In this document: positions 8,303 to 19,929 of the stretch, one piece after another
Numbering within the stretch: the stretch's first letter is position 1
Layout of the letters: every line of letters starts with the position of its first letter
Assembly: GCA_002794465.1 (NCBI GenBank)
Contig: MTSL01000101.1
Location: 40,793 to 72,792 of the forward strand
Source: Paramicrosporidium saccamoebae KSL3
Lineage: Eukaryota > Fungi > Cryptomycota
Reading direction: 5' to 3'
DNA: 32,000 nucleotides
The notes under the pieces: model-generated
Databases searched by the model: none
Seen by the model: only the letters and a program-made list of their open reading frames with translations
Told to the model about the DNA's origin: nothing
Position numbers and translations under genes: made by a program

Positions 8303-9589
8303 CTATGAGCCTCCTCTAAAAAATCGTGATTTCAGTTCGCGCCACATTAAATTGGCGTCCGATTTGGCTAGCTGAAATACACTTGAATTTTCTTGAGATC
8401 GACGTATCAAGTAGGGTACTACTTCTTTGACCGGACCATAGGGCAAGTACTTGAATACAGGATATCCGGCCTTCGCCAGCGATATAGAGTTTACATCGCT
8501 CATCCCATAGAGCTGAGCAAAGCATATCTGCATCCTACTTAACAAGGAAAAATCCCTTTGGTATAATTCAGTGGCTTTCTTAATTGATGCTTCGTTGTGC
8601 GTCGCGAAGATGAAGAGGAACCGCCGATGGTCCGAGTCTGGGAGATCTTGAACGTAGTTGAGTACCAGATCAATAGCACTGTCGTAACTAGAATGAGTTT
8701 CCTGAATTGTGTCAAAAATCGGACAGGTTATTTTCCTCTCCTCGGCCCAAATACGCTCCCCAATAACGTATGCTCCTCTTACAAGTTTCGCACCAAAGTG
8801 GAATCCCGTGGATTTTGACCTATCCAAGTGGGACTTCAACCGATCAATGCCGTCTTTTCTATACAATTGATAGGTATTTACTATCAAGGGCTCTGGGGAA
8901 TTATTCATGCCGTTGTATTGTTGCATGGCACTTAACGCGATATCGTCGATAGCATCCTGAACAAAAGATTGTTCGGCATCGATCGCAAGTCGGACATTAC
9001 TTTCTTTTGCAATTTCGCAGATCGACACGAGTCTATTCCAACCATTTTCATAAGATATTACCAAATCATCCGAGAGCGCGAGTTTGCCATTTCCATTCGT
9101 GTTACTCTTCGCCAAAGCCTCCAATGTTGTATTTTCAAATAGGCCTGTAAGTTTGATCGCCACAAAAGGGTTTGCGGACGATTTAGCAGTGGTTATGGCC
9201 CGAATGATGTTGTCACGAACCCCATCATGATACGAATTTGCTTCGTCTCGACTTTCAGGAGCAGAGGTTTTGAGTGGTGATAAATCAATCTCTGCAGCAT
9301 AATCCAGAATAACCCCGATGCCCTTATTCTGCAAGGACTCCATCGCTTGTTTGACATCTTCGGAATTTTCACCACCACAGAATTGTCTGAATAATGTGCG
9401 CCTGATCACGGCATAGAGTGGTGTTCCAAGATGGACGGCTGAGGCCGCCTTAATAATGCTTGGGGTGCAATTTGCTAGCCAACTATATGAACACGCCTTG
9501 TAGACCGCCAGGTTTCGCAAAAGCTCACTAGAAGAACGGTCCGCAAAAAGTGCACTCATTTCTGGAGGCCAATTGTCAGGAACCTGCAT
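8303..9589 (-). CDS. PUT1: Proline dehydrogenase (proline oxidase), mitochondrial
   Basis: QFCGGE, GVILDYAAE, LAIDAEQS, NTYQLYRKD, GAKLVRGAY, FATHN, FAQLYGM, KYLPYGPVKEVVPYLIRRSQEN. A possible upstream exon lies at 9683-9642. Confidence 0.95.
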   Translation of the reverse strand: MQVPDNWPPEMSALFADRSSSELLRNLAVYKACSYSWLANCTPSIIKAASAVHLGTPLYAVIRRTLFRQFCGGENSEDVKQAMESLQNKGIGVILDYAAEIDLSPLKTSAPESRDEANSYHDGVRDNIIRAITTAKSSANPFVAIKLTGLFENTTLEALAKSNTNGNGKLALSDDLVISYENGWNRLVSICEIAKESNVRLAIDAEQSFVQDAIDDIALSAMQQYNGMNNSPEPLIVNTYQLYRKDGIDRLKSHLDRSKSTGFHFGAKLVRGAYVIGERIWAEERKITCPIFDTIQETHSSYDSAIDLVLNYVQDLPDSDHRRFLFIFATHNEASIKKATELYQRDFSLLSRMQICFAQLYGMSDVNSISLAKAGYPVFKYLPYGPVKEVVPYLIRRSQENSSVFQLAKSDANLMWRELKSRFFRGGS

Positions 9590-9781
9590 ATTCTTTTCAA
9601 TCAGTCTAGAATAAAGATTCTAGATATAATGGAGTTATTACTGAGAGTAAGGAGCCGCGCTTAAGAACTGATTTCGAATCCATTGGGGCCTCGATAGAGC
9701 CCGTAAACGAAGGGTCATTTGAGCGTGGCCAATTGAAACACGGTATTTATTAGGTTGCTTCACTAATAACGCACGCAATTA

Positions 9782-11308
9782 CTAGAAAAACATAGCTTCC
9801 AATCCACCCTGCTCTGCTTGCTCCTTCACAAACATTTCAAAGTATTGATAAATAATGGTGACAGCGAGGAGAATACCAGTACCAGAACCAATGGCTCCCA
9901 TAAGATCAGCAGCGACAGTGAGCGCTCCAACAAGTAGACCTCCTAGGTAAGCTGCAACAGGAATAATGCGCTTGAGTTCTTTGTACATGGAACCTTCACG
10001 ATGGCCACGCATTATCATTTGTTGATCCTTCAACATTTTGGCGACGTCACGGGGAGAAGATCCAGAGACCTCAATCCAAGCCTTTGCAAAGAGGGCGCTG
10101 GCCGTTAAGACGAAAGCAACATATAGAACGAAGTGGACTGGGTCGCGGATAGCGTCATAAAGTCCGTGAGGCGGCGAGACATAGTACGCTATTCCACTTG
10201 TCGCAACAAACTGGCTGGATCCCTCGTATGGCTCCCAAACACCAAAGAGACGAACAAGGAAGTTGTTGGGGAATTTGGAGTATAGTAGCTGGGATACGAG
10301 GTAGATCTGCGACACCAAAGCGGATTGAAGCATGATGGGCATGTTCGAAGTGTAGAAAAGTTTGATCGGATAAGTTCCTTGTTGTCCACGGAAACGGGCC
10401 GATTTGACAGGCAGTTCAACACGGAAGCCTTGAAGATATATGACCAAAAGGAACACCAGAAGAGTCGCAAGCAGGTTCATCATGTTGGGCAAATTGCTTC
10501 GATAGAATGCCTCCTTTAATGCCCTAGTCTTGTCAGATCTGGTGAGCAACAGATGGAAGAGCGCAATCACGGCGCCCTCGAATTCAGTTCCCTTGCCAGT
10601 GTTGTAAGTAGTGGGCGAAAAGGCTTTCCAAATGACATTTTCACAAGTGTTCGTCGCAATAAAGAGAGATATACCCGAGCCAAGACCATAGCCCTTTTGC
10701 AAAAGCTCATCCAGAAGAATGACAATAACTCCAGCAAGGAAAAGCTGGAGAATCAAGATGAGACAGATACCAGCTCCGAGGTCCGATGGATCGCCATAGA
10801 ATCCACTAACCACTTGTACAACGGCATGACCCAAAGTCATAAGCATAGCAAACACTAAGGATCAGACAAAGCTCGAAATTATACGCTTCTGGGCTCCATT
10901 GAAGAGAATACGATCTTCTTTGACGTTTTGGTCGACAGTAATAATGTTGGCACCTGCCAAGAGCTGCATTATGGTACCAGAGGTGATGATGGGAGAAATA
11001 CCAAGTTCCATGAGCGTTCCGCGATTCGATGCGAGGATGGCACGCATCCAGTACAAAGGGTCTGAAGACCCCGAGGACATGATTCCAAAGAGAGGAACCT
11101 GCGAGCACACCAGAAAGATGAAAAGAGTCACGGCCGTCCACAAAATTTTTTCGCGGAATTGAACCTACCACATGTCATACTTGAGATAGCGCAAGTACCT
11201 TTCGGTCAGGAGCCGTTACTTCTGGCAAAATCGCCATGAAGGGCCGTATCAGGTTGAGGAAACGAACTATACAATTGGATTAGACAAGGCGGCGGCTGTA
11301 CATCCCAT
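9782..11308 (-). CDS. SEC61: Sec61 translocon alpha subunit, about 475 aa
   Basis: Exons 11308-11302, 11266-11199, 11164-10885, 10854-9782 (introns 35, 34, 30 nt). [12 protein letters not shown]...[10 protein letters not shown]...[11 protein letters not shown]...[19 protein letters not shown]...[14 protein letters not shown]. Confidence 0.98.
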
Positions 11309-11421
11309 TAGTAAGTGATTTCAGAAAACTTTGGATGGATGGACGCTGTTTAGTTATGCCCGGGAGCTACAGTAAGAGTGAGTGACCACAGCAATAGCAA
11401 ACCTTTGGAACGGCCCGAGAA

Positions 11422-11435
11422 TTAATTGGTCCAGC
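11422..11435. promoter_or_regulatory. Perfect 14-bp GC-rich palindrome in the SEC61/ARPC4 divergent promoter
   Basis: CAGCCCCGGGGCTG is self-complementary; function not demonstrable from sequence. Confidence 0.25.
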
Positions 11436-11482
11436 CCCGGGGCTGTCACCGTGTACACTTGTAGACACTATAGGGATTCATA

Positions 11483-12060
11483 ATGGTAACACTCTGCTGA
11501 TTTAGCAATCAATTATTAGTCCAATTCCCTGAGACCTTATCTGGATAATGTGCGACTTGAGTTAACTAGAGCTCTTTGTTTGAGCTACTTTCCGTCGCCT
11601 GTAGTGGAGCGCCACTCCCGACCGGAAATTGAAGTTCAGTATGCGCCCGCTTTATGGCACCTAATATGATAGGGATACGGAAAAGGCCCTTTTGACACCC
11701 ATTTCAATTGTAAGAAGCCCAAGTGAGGCCGTTTTTATCGAACCTTCAATTAATTCTGTACGTATCAATATCAAAGTCAAGCAGGCCGATGAGCTGGAAG
11801 AGCTTCTTTGCCATAAATTTTCCAATTTTATGATGCAGCGAGCCGAAAACTTTTCTGTATTACGCCGAAAACCGATTGCTGGATACGATTTGAGTTTCCT
11901 TGTTACTAACGAACACATCGAAAGCTCTTGTCCCTCTAAACTGGTCGACTTTATTGTTTCGTTCTTGGAGGAGGTGGACAAGGAAATCAGCCAAATGAAG
12001 ATTGGCGTCAATGCTCGTGCGCGTCTTGTTGCCGAGTCATTCCTACGCGAGCTGGCCTAG
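11483..12060 (+). CDS. ARPC4: Arp2/3 complex subunit 4 (p20/Arc19), 169 aa
   Basis: Exons 11483-11485, 11520-11638, 11673-12060 (two 34-nt introns). MSNSLRPYL...[10 protein letters not shown]...IEPSINSVR...[16 protein letters not shown]...GYDLSFL. Confidence 0.97.
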
Positions 12061-12075
12061 CGCAACAAAAATATT

Positions 12076-13030
12076 TTATTTCCTGATTCTTCTGGCTGCG
12101 AAAACCTTGAATATTATGTACAATAAAGCGACACCCCCTATTCCTGAAGAGATTTTCAATATCAGCGTCCGTAGATATACATGCCTTCGTCTAGAGACTT
12201 CCATTGCCTCTAATCGTTGCTGGATCTGCAAAGTAGCTTCCTCTAAAGAGTCCAATCGCCGAAGTGCCGCGAGAATCATCTCATAGAGCTCAGTGCTGAT
12301 GGGCGACCTGCGCGCCGATGCATCCGTCGAGCCCTCTGCTATTCTCGGCTCCTTTACATGCAAAGGATCGTCCTCGCCTTCGACATCAGAATCATCACTA
12401 GATAGGCTGTCCGAAACACACTCAGTTTGGTCAGTCTTTGACTGTAGCAAACTTGTAATATGCCCAGGTATTGCTAGTCCCAGCTCATCTGACAGGACCA
12501 ATGGTGTCCCAAATGACGAATTTTCGCGATCTCCGAAGCTAGCAACTTCTCTACAAGTTAAAATTACGAAGAAAATACTCTCTTTCATAGACTTCTCCGA
12601 CTTCATTGACACCAGGTGATCGCAAATGAGCATACCTCTGAGGCCAATAGAGTGCGCACTCTTGTTTTAGTTCGTTAATTCGTCCTTCAAATTCTTTGGC
12701 CCTCCTAAGTTCAGAGGCAGAAACAGCGGACAGGTCACCCAGACCGGCGTGGCTGCTCATAGCGTATTCAACAACATGTTCTACATACAGAGTTATTGCT
12801 GCCGAGCGGGACATTTCCCCCAATTCCCTCCAGGCGTCATACTTGTATTTTCCTTGAATGTCAAAGAACGATGGCCGAGGGCCAACACAGGGCCCAACGG
12901 TGGCCTGCTTAAACAGCGCATAAAGTTTTAGCTTCTCTTCATTGCTGATGGGGCTGATAAAGGAGAAGCCATCAAATTCACTCAAACTACGTACAAAGGC
13001 GACGACTTTGTCAAAGAGACACGGGTCCAT
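12076..13030 (-). CDS. Acyl-CoA-binding domain protein with coiled coil and C-terminal TM anchor (ACBD4/5- or Atg37-like architecture)
   Basis: ACB motifs KLKLYALFKQATVGPC and GKYKYDAW. Joined to ORF 12076..12633 by a 28-nt intron 12578-12551 (or 85-nt intron 12635-12551; both keep frame). Ends with heptad-like LRRLDSLEEATLQIQQRLEAME and TM ISSGIGGVALLYIIF followed by RRIRK. Confidence 0.75.
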
Positions 13031-13130
13031 AGTAATCAAAATCCTTAATGAGCCCGCCTATGGGATAATCAGGGGCCACCATTATTAGATTGCACCCAAT
13101 TTTAGTAGCTATGCGTTGTGCATGTGGGAG

Positions 13131-13697
13131 CTATTCTCTTGCTCGGTTGCGTAAAACGGCGAACAGAATTCCAGCAGCGGCAGCGGCAACACCACCTACC
13201 AAAGCCATCCCGATGATGCCCTCTGCAGGTTAGTCGATACCGTTATCATTTACCTTGACTTGCCTTGTTTTCAATCAGTTTTTCCAAAGATAATGCTTGC
13301 TGGTTTTTGGGCTCGTCATTCAAGAGCTCACTTATGCTTTTTCTAGCTTCCTGATACTGTCCGAGGCGATAGTGACCTACTGCCAAATAATAAAGACACT
13401 CGCGTCTCCGTGATGGCCATCTAACCATAGTGTCTACAATGGAGTTACTTTCAAGCGCGAAAGTTACCTCGTAGTAGAGTAATACCAAGAGTCTTGTCAT
13501 CTTGATATTTGCTTCGAATCAATCCCCATGCGTACAGAAACTGAGTATCCACAGAGGCGCTGCCGTCCTCCTTCTCTGCCGTATATTTCGCCTCCAGGTA
13601 CTAGGGAAGGTAAGAGCAGTAAAGACAGTACTTCAAGCTCTTCCACAGTTATTTCCTGCTCTGCCTCAGCTGCGTAGGGCAATGTTTTGGAGGACAT
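13131..13697 (-). CDS. FIS1: Mitochondrial/peroxisomal fission protein Fis1, 156 aa
   Basis: Exons 13697-13632, 13600-13468, 13433-13254, 13222-13131 (introns 31, 34, 31 nt). [36 protein letters not shown], tail anchor [21 protein letters not shown]. Confidence 0.95.
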
Positions 13698-13761
13698 TGC
13701 AGAAGTGAGGGGAAGAGTAATCCGGACAGGGGATATTGGTGCCAATCAACACTCTGCACGA

Positions 13762-16193
13762 ATGTATAAAGCTCTGTTCGGGTAGAAATTTGGTGAGAGA
13801 TGCTGAAAATCTCTAGCCTGAAATCACAGAAAGGAAGATTGTTTTCCAGTGGTTCAGACAAGGTAGAGATAGTCGCAACACTTTGACAAATAGCCCCTTT
13901 TTGATAAGATTCTCGTGGCAAATCGCGGCGAGATTGCTTGCCGTGTTTTTCGGACAACTAGGCAGCTTGGAATCCGGTCGGTGGCAGTCTTCAGTGAAGC
14001 TGATAAGGAATCATTACACACTTCAATGGTCGACTCTTTACGCGATTAAACTAATTTATATAGGCCGATGAGGCAGTTTGCATAGGACCGGCGCCCAGCC
14101 AAGACAGCTATTTGGCGATCCAAAAAGTCATAAGAGCTGCAAAGAAGACGGGCTCGCAAGTAAAACCCCATGGATCTACTTCCACCATATTAGGCAGTTC
14201 ATCCAGGTTATGGGTTTTTGTCAGAGAATTCCCAGTTTGCGTCTGAGCTCGAAAAAGCTGGAATAACATTCATTGGCCCACCAATCCAGGCCTTAAGAGA
14301 CATGGGATCTAAAAGGTCCATCCAGACAAAGAGTTGACCTGTAGTGCGTCAAAAGAAATCATGACTGCGGCTGGAGTACCGGTTGTTCCCGGGTATCACG
14401 GAGAAGGACAAGAAGCAGAATTTTTGAAGAAACAAGCGGATCAGATCGGGTAGATGTCAGATGGGCTTATGCATAATCTTGACAGATATCCTCTGATGAT
14501 AAAAGCTGTTTTGGGAGGAGGCGGTAAAGGTATGCGAATTGTACAACAACGTGAAGAGTTTGACGAAATGCTCGAGTCGTCGCGTCGGGAGGCGCGAAAG
14601 TCTTTCAATGACGATCGTGTTCTCCTAGAACGATATATCGAACGTCCTCGCCACATTGAGGTACAGGTGTTCGGCGATCAATTTGGAAACGCAGTGTATT
14701 TATTTGAACGAGACTGTTCGGTCCAACGGAGACACCAAAAAGTCTTGGAAGAGGCCCCAGCTGTATATTACTCGATTTTCAGACGCTCAGATTGTAGCCG
14801 GGACTTTCAGAAGGTCAACGACACGAGCTTGGAGAGATGGCCGTAGCCGCAGCAAAAGCTGTCAAATATGTTGGAGCTGGCACTGTGGAATTTATATTTG
14901 ACTGCGACACGGGCAAGTTTTATTTCATGGAGATGAACACGCGACTGCAAGTAGAGCATCCTGTCACAGAGATGATTACTGGTTTGGATTTGGTTCATTG
15001 GCAGATTCACGTACCCGATTCTCAGCCATTTTAATATTATGCCAGGTTGCGTCGGGAAATAGACTTCCTTTAACCCAGAATCATATAAACCGCACCGGAC
15101 ATGCAATTGAAGCCCGAATCTACGCCGAAAATCCTGAAAAGTACTAGTCGACGCTGTCTAACGGACGTAGTAATTTCATGCCGGATACGGGGAGACTCAA
15201 GTTTTTAAGAATGCCAAACAACAATGCAAACGTACGTATAGAGACGGGAGTACGTGAAGATGATGAGATCAGCGTATACTATGATCCAATGATAGCCAAG
15301 GTCGTAGTTCATGGGGAGACACGCCTAGAGTCGCTTCGTCGGTTGGATCAAACTCTTGGCGAATTCCATGTTGCAGGAGTCCGAACAAACATTTCTTTAA
15401 TTAGGAAAATTCTTGCCGAAGACCAATTCAAGTCTGGCTTAGTGGACACGAGTTTTATTAAGCAGCATCATGATCGACTCTTCGCCAAGACATCTCCTAA
15501 CACAAACCATCTGGCACTCTCAGCAGTGCTGCATGTTATCTCAAATCAGACGGGCAACAACATGCACGATCCTTGGCTCCAGAATGATGGATATTCTGGA
15601 TTTATCGAGCGCACGACTTTGCTCAAAATTAAGGCTTACAATAACGTTTACTCATGCAACGTAAGTGTTGAGAGCAAATCAGAATTCATGGTGAGAGTGG
15701 TAAGACTAGTTTTTTGCGTATCATTTAGTAGACCGATCAGAGCGGAGCACAGGAAACATTTTCTGTTTGTGCCAATGTCAGCGACGGAAAGGTTGAAGCA
15801 ACGGTCAATGATTTGCGTTTGCCGCAACTTTACTTTTACAAAGATAGCTGCGTGACGCACATCTTCTTCCCGGTAGACTATCCCCTTAGCCAGTCTTACT
15901 TTTAGGAGGGGCCGCAACTGTTTGAATTTGTAAGCGAAGGATCAGAGGGTTTAAATAAGGGGCCTTCAGAAAATTCAGTACTCAGTCCAATGCCATGTAG
16001 AGTGAGCCAGGTCCCCATCAAAGTCGGAGATCGGGTCAAGAAGGGTGGCGTTCTAATGATAGTTGAGGCTATGAAGATGGAGCATATTATCAAGGCTCCT
16101 ATGGATGTAAAGATTGCAAAGATAAACTATTCCGAAGGCCAGCTTGTTGGTGAAAAGAAGCAGCTAATCGAATTCTCCGATTCATGTGAATAA
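13762..16193 (+). CDS. MCCC1: 3-methylcrotonoyl-CoA carboxylase alpha (biotin carboxylase + BCCP), about 688 aa, 11 introns
   Basis: Introns 13782-13816, 13863-13893, 14029-14063, 14160-14193, 14316-14344, 14450-14485, 14763-14797, 15011-15045, 15141-15170, 15700-15731, 15873-15905 give one open frame. [50 protein letters not shown] and EAMKMEH biotin site. [17 protein letters not shown] favours MCC over PCC. Confidence 0.88.
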
Positions 16194-16299
16194 ATACGCC
16201 GGCTTGCCTTTCATTGGTCGGTCTAAAATTAGCTCTAGACAGTTCGGAGAATGTAGTATTAGTACTCCGTGGGGCATTCCGACGAAACACCTTGACGTA

Positions 16300-16758
16300 A
16301 TGTTCTTGTGGCAGCTTATAGTAAGCTATCTTGCTTTGAATGCCGGACGGAAGAGTCGTACTGGTCCTCGATCATTAGAAAAGTCCGACCCACGACTCTA
16401 CGAACCGCGGAACGGGATACAGCCCACTGTGAGCCTCCATGATAAGGACCCTTCGGAACTTTTCAGTGCAGAATATCTAGTTAAAGACGACAAGACTCTT
16501 ACACCTATCGATGCTGTTGATGAGGTAGCGTCTCATACTCGTCTTGCCCAGAATACCAAGACCCGGGCCGACAAGGATAGAAGAGAGCACTCAAAAATAC
16601 GGAGATGGAACAAGGAGAAGTTGCAAAAGGGCCAAGACAGATTCAGGAAGAAAAACCACACTAACGCACGTCGCATTCGTGTGATCGGACATTCTGAAGA
16701 CGACGGTACTGTTGTCATCGGAGAGTCCATTGAGTGGGGAGACCTTGTAACTGAATAA
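16300..16758 (+). CDS. Orphan hypothetical protein (152 aa) with hydrophobic N-terminus and basic cluster
   Basis: Open frame 16186..16758. ATG 16300 gives MFLWQLIVSYLALNAG (signal/anchor-like), then a hydrophilic body with KIRRWNKEKLQKGQDRFRKK. No family recognised; start uncertain. Confidence 0.5.
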   Translation: MFLWQLIVSYLALNAGRKSRTGPRSLEKSDPRLYEPRNGIQPTVSLHDKDPSELFSAEYLVKDDKTLTPIDAVDEVASHTRLAQNTKTRADKDRREHSKIRRWNKEKLQKGQDRFRKKNHTNARRIRVIGHSEDDGTVVIGESIEWGDLVTE

Positions 16759-16825
16759 AAACAAATTCGAGATGCTCAATAAACTGGGAATTTATTGAGG
16801 GTTCTACAAAATAGTTGTTTGCAAT

Positions 16826-18018
16826 TTAGTTGGTTTTGCCCATTGCTGTTTTCTGACGCAGCTTTCTTTCCGCATGGAAAACAAAGGCATCAACAATTGC
16901 GGCAACGGTGTAAACACCACCGATGATGGCACAAACACCAGTGAGGAATGAAGTCAAAGGCTTCTTATACTCGGTGTAGATGACAATCATTGGCGAGATT
17001 TCATAGTTAAAGAAGACACTGGGGAACGCAGCCTTGTCGCCTTTTGTTTCGTTCTCGTTCTGGGTCACGGCAAATTGATTTGTGTGCAGAACCCTGCCGT
17101 CTCTAAGTTTAAAGTCGGTTGCAACGATCTTTGTGTGATATTTGAACGAACGTTCGGCCGACGAGGCCTTATTCTCCGTATTGTCCAAAGGATTGACAAT
17201 CTTTTCATGATGCTCTCCGAAGGACAGATAATGGATTCGATGAGAAAAGTCGAGATGCAACCCATCCAAAAACCGAATGTCATGAAGGTGATAATTATTG
17301 GCGTCAAAACTTCGGCCAGGTGCAAAATGAAAGTTGCCCGAGACTTTGTTCACTTCAAAATGCCCAGAAATTCGACATCCCTCATTTGCATGATCACGAA
17401 TCTTTTCTGGCCAGTCTTCAGCAACACATTGTTCAATTTGATTCATTTCTGGAGGTGACAAATTTCGATGTTCGTAAGCCGCAAAAACTGCTGAGCAGCT
17501 ATTACAGCAGTACGGCTTTCCATCAGGCCCGTTTGCTGCAGCTTTGTAGCAGCTTCCACAATAGTCTTCGGGACGCTTGAGGTCTTTTTCCTTGTATTCA
17601 CCCAGGGGGGTCGCATTTGAACTTTGGCATACTTTTCGAATGTTTTCAACCATATTGTTTTGATACTGCCCGGCAGAATCCATGACGTCGAGTGTCAGAG
17701 CTAATGGTTAGAGCACAAGCTCAAAGATGTACCGAAACAGGGAACCTTGGGAAACGTGATATCGAAATTAATGTTCATCATTTCCTTCCGACTTGTATCC
17801 ACGATAAGCTCAGTTTTCCATGTAGTCGTCCGGAAATTGAGGTATTCGAAAAAGATGAGCCCGAAGATTAGCGTGCCGCTGGCAATGGTCACTATAAGAT
17901 AAAAGCCGTCTGTCGGAATATGCATACCGAGCCCTCCAAAGAATGTCTTTGTTCGAAATTCATCATGCGTCTTGGCAAATGAATCCAAGCTCTGAATTCT
18001 TTCAGTAAGAGCAGACAT
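16826..18018 (-). CDS. ERV46: ER-Golgi intermediate compartment protein Erv46/ERGIC3, about 374 aa
   Basis: Introns 17927-17892 and 17732-17701. LDSFAKT, INFDITFPKVPC, YCGSCY, CCNSC, EGCRISGHFEVNKVSGNFHFAPG, FFNYEISPM, CAIIGGVYTVA, dilysine end GKTN. Confidence 0.93.
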
Positions 18019-18147
18019 GTCGGCAACAGAAGCGTTCCGGCAGCCCTTGGTCTAGATGTATGAAGCACGGGTAGACCTATCAAACCCACGGTGAGATACT
18101 TTTCATTGGGCCGCTGAAATTAGTCGACCAATTAGGAAAACAACCAA

Positions 18148-19467
18148 TCATTTGCCTTTACTGGCTTTTTGAAATAAAGCAGATTTGAACTTGCTGTTTT
18201 CATGGATCTTATTCTCAATGCTCTCAGTAACTGAATGTTGCTTATTTGAACCAGTTGGGGCAGGTGCGTCTTTCAACCATGCATCAGCCATTTTTTTTGA
18301 TGCCCCAATTGTTTCAGTGCCGCCAGAGGATGGCCTCATCGAATCGACCGCTATTATCGATGGAATGCGGGTCCGAACATGCGTTTTCTTAAATCTCTTA
18401 AAGTCCACTGGTCCGTTTGACTCGTCATTCTCAGAGACATTGATCCGGTCTGGCTTGCGGAGGATATCAGCCGAAATTGACCAGCACATTAAGGGAGCAG
18501 AATCTATGACATTTGCACGTGCAGGCGTCTTGTATATGAGCTCTTTATCATCAAGAGGATCCAATTCGATGGGACTGTTGGAAATTTGAGCAGCAGGGAG
18601 CTCAAATAAGTCCTCTAGGCTTATGCACCGTGCTAATGTGGTGTGTGCCGAAATGATTCGAGCTTTTCCGTCGTCACTGCCTAGGATCACCCCACCGGCA
18701 GACTTTATCATGGATTCAATTACATTGCAAGATCCCGATAGCCAAGAGTCGCGATCAATTAGATAGCTCTGATTGCGGAACCTATGGGCCCCTCCAAAGC
18801 ACGTATAGTCCGGCATAATGATGTGGCCGGCTAGAAGGCCATACACAAAGTTGGGCTCACAGATGTACTTTCCCGCATAAAGCGCTCTTGCAAGCTGTGA
18901 ACATGGCGAAAGATCTGACGATTGAAAGACGACGTGAGTTGATCTCTCCCAATCCATGCATCTTTCCGTGCTGAATTTTTGCAGACACTCTGTTACTTGT
19001 GCCTCTGCATCTGTAGACAAATTATGCAGAAATGGACGGAACTCGAAGAGGGAGCACCTAGGCACTGGATTAGCAAGGTGTAGTAAAATACCGCAGTTCC
19101 AGTTGAGAGGCGCCAAATTTTATAACATTCCCAGCGACGAGAACAGTTTCTGTATCAATTCTCCGTCCATCGACAAATGTACCATATTTTGAGTTTTCAT
19201 CTACTATGCATAACATTCCGTCGTTGCTCTAAAAACGGTTAAATGGTGCTCAAGCACAACACCTGTATCGTTGCGTGTTTTCGGCTCACTGACATATCCG
19301 AGATAACTAAATCGGCGTCTTAGGATTCAGTAGAAGTAGCATTTAAGTATACCTTGCCGGCCCACCGAGATTGTATCGCCCGGAAATATAACATGCCCCG
19401 TACAATTCGGCAGTTTCTGTGAGCAATGGCCCCGAAGAGCCCATAACTTCATCGAGAGCCCTTGCAT
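18148..19467 (-). CDS. NBS1: Nibrin/Nbs1 (FHA-BRCT, Mre11-binding motif), about 400-405 aa
   Basis: Three 34-nt introns (19352-19319, 19262-19229, 19091-19058) join an FHA domain (SVGRQ, DMSVSRKHA, SKYGTFVDG) to ORF 18148..19116, which has a BRCT-like segment and DFKRFKK. Start is ATG 19467 or 19452. Confidence 0.82.
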
Positions 19468-19491
19468 CTAGGCAGGTGTCGGGCTGTACAT

Positions 19492-19891
19492 ATGAATTTC
19501 CAGACAATTTGGAATCACCCTGCAGGTATCGCTTTTATGCCGTTGTGCTATTCACTGTAGGACCTAAAACGGTTCATTTTTGGGCGCCCGCATTCAAATG
19601 GGGACTGGTTATTGCAGGACTAGGGGATTTGAAGCGACCTGCTGAGCAAGTCAGCGTTTTCCAATCTACAGGTTTCCGTTGCATAATTTAATGAGATTAT
19701 CTAGCTCTTGCATTGACTGGAATCATCTGGTCCCGCTATTCTACACAGATCAAGCCTGTAAACTACTCATTGCTCAGTGTAAATGCCTTTGTGGCCGCCA
19801 CTGGGTTGTATCAGTTATGGCGTGTTTGGCAGTATATTATCATCATTGATTTATGAGGCTTTGTAGATATACTACATACTATGCGGAATGA
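19492..19891 (+). CDS. MPC2: Mitochondrial pyruvate carrier subunit 2, 98 aa
   Basis: Introns 19526-19560, 19672-19704, 19832-19866. WNHPAGPKTVHFWAPAFKWGLVIAGLGDLKRP...IWSRYS...YQLWR. Confidence 0.95.
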
Positions 19892-19929
19892 AGAACTTTT
19901 GCTTAATAAATTTTATTGCCATTTGTATC

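Noticed and set aside
13762-16193. Fragmented carboxylase ORFs suggesting a decayed gene
   Set aside because: Eleven 29-36-nt introns restore one full-length frame with all catalytic motifs.
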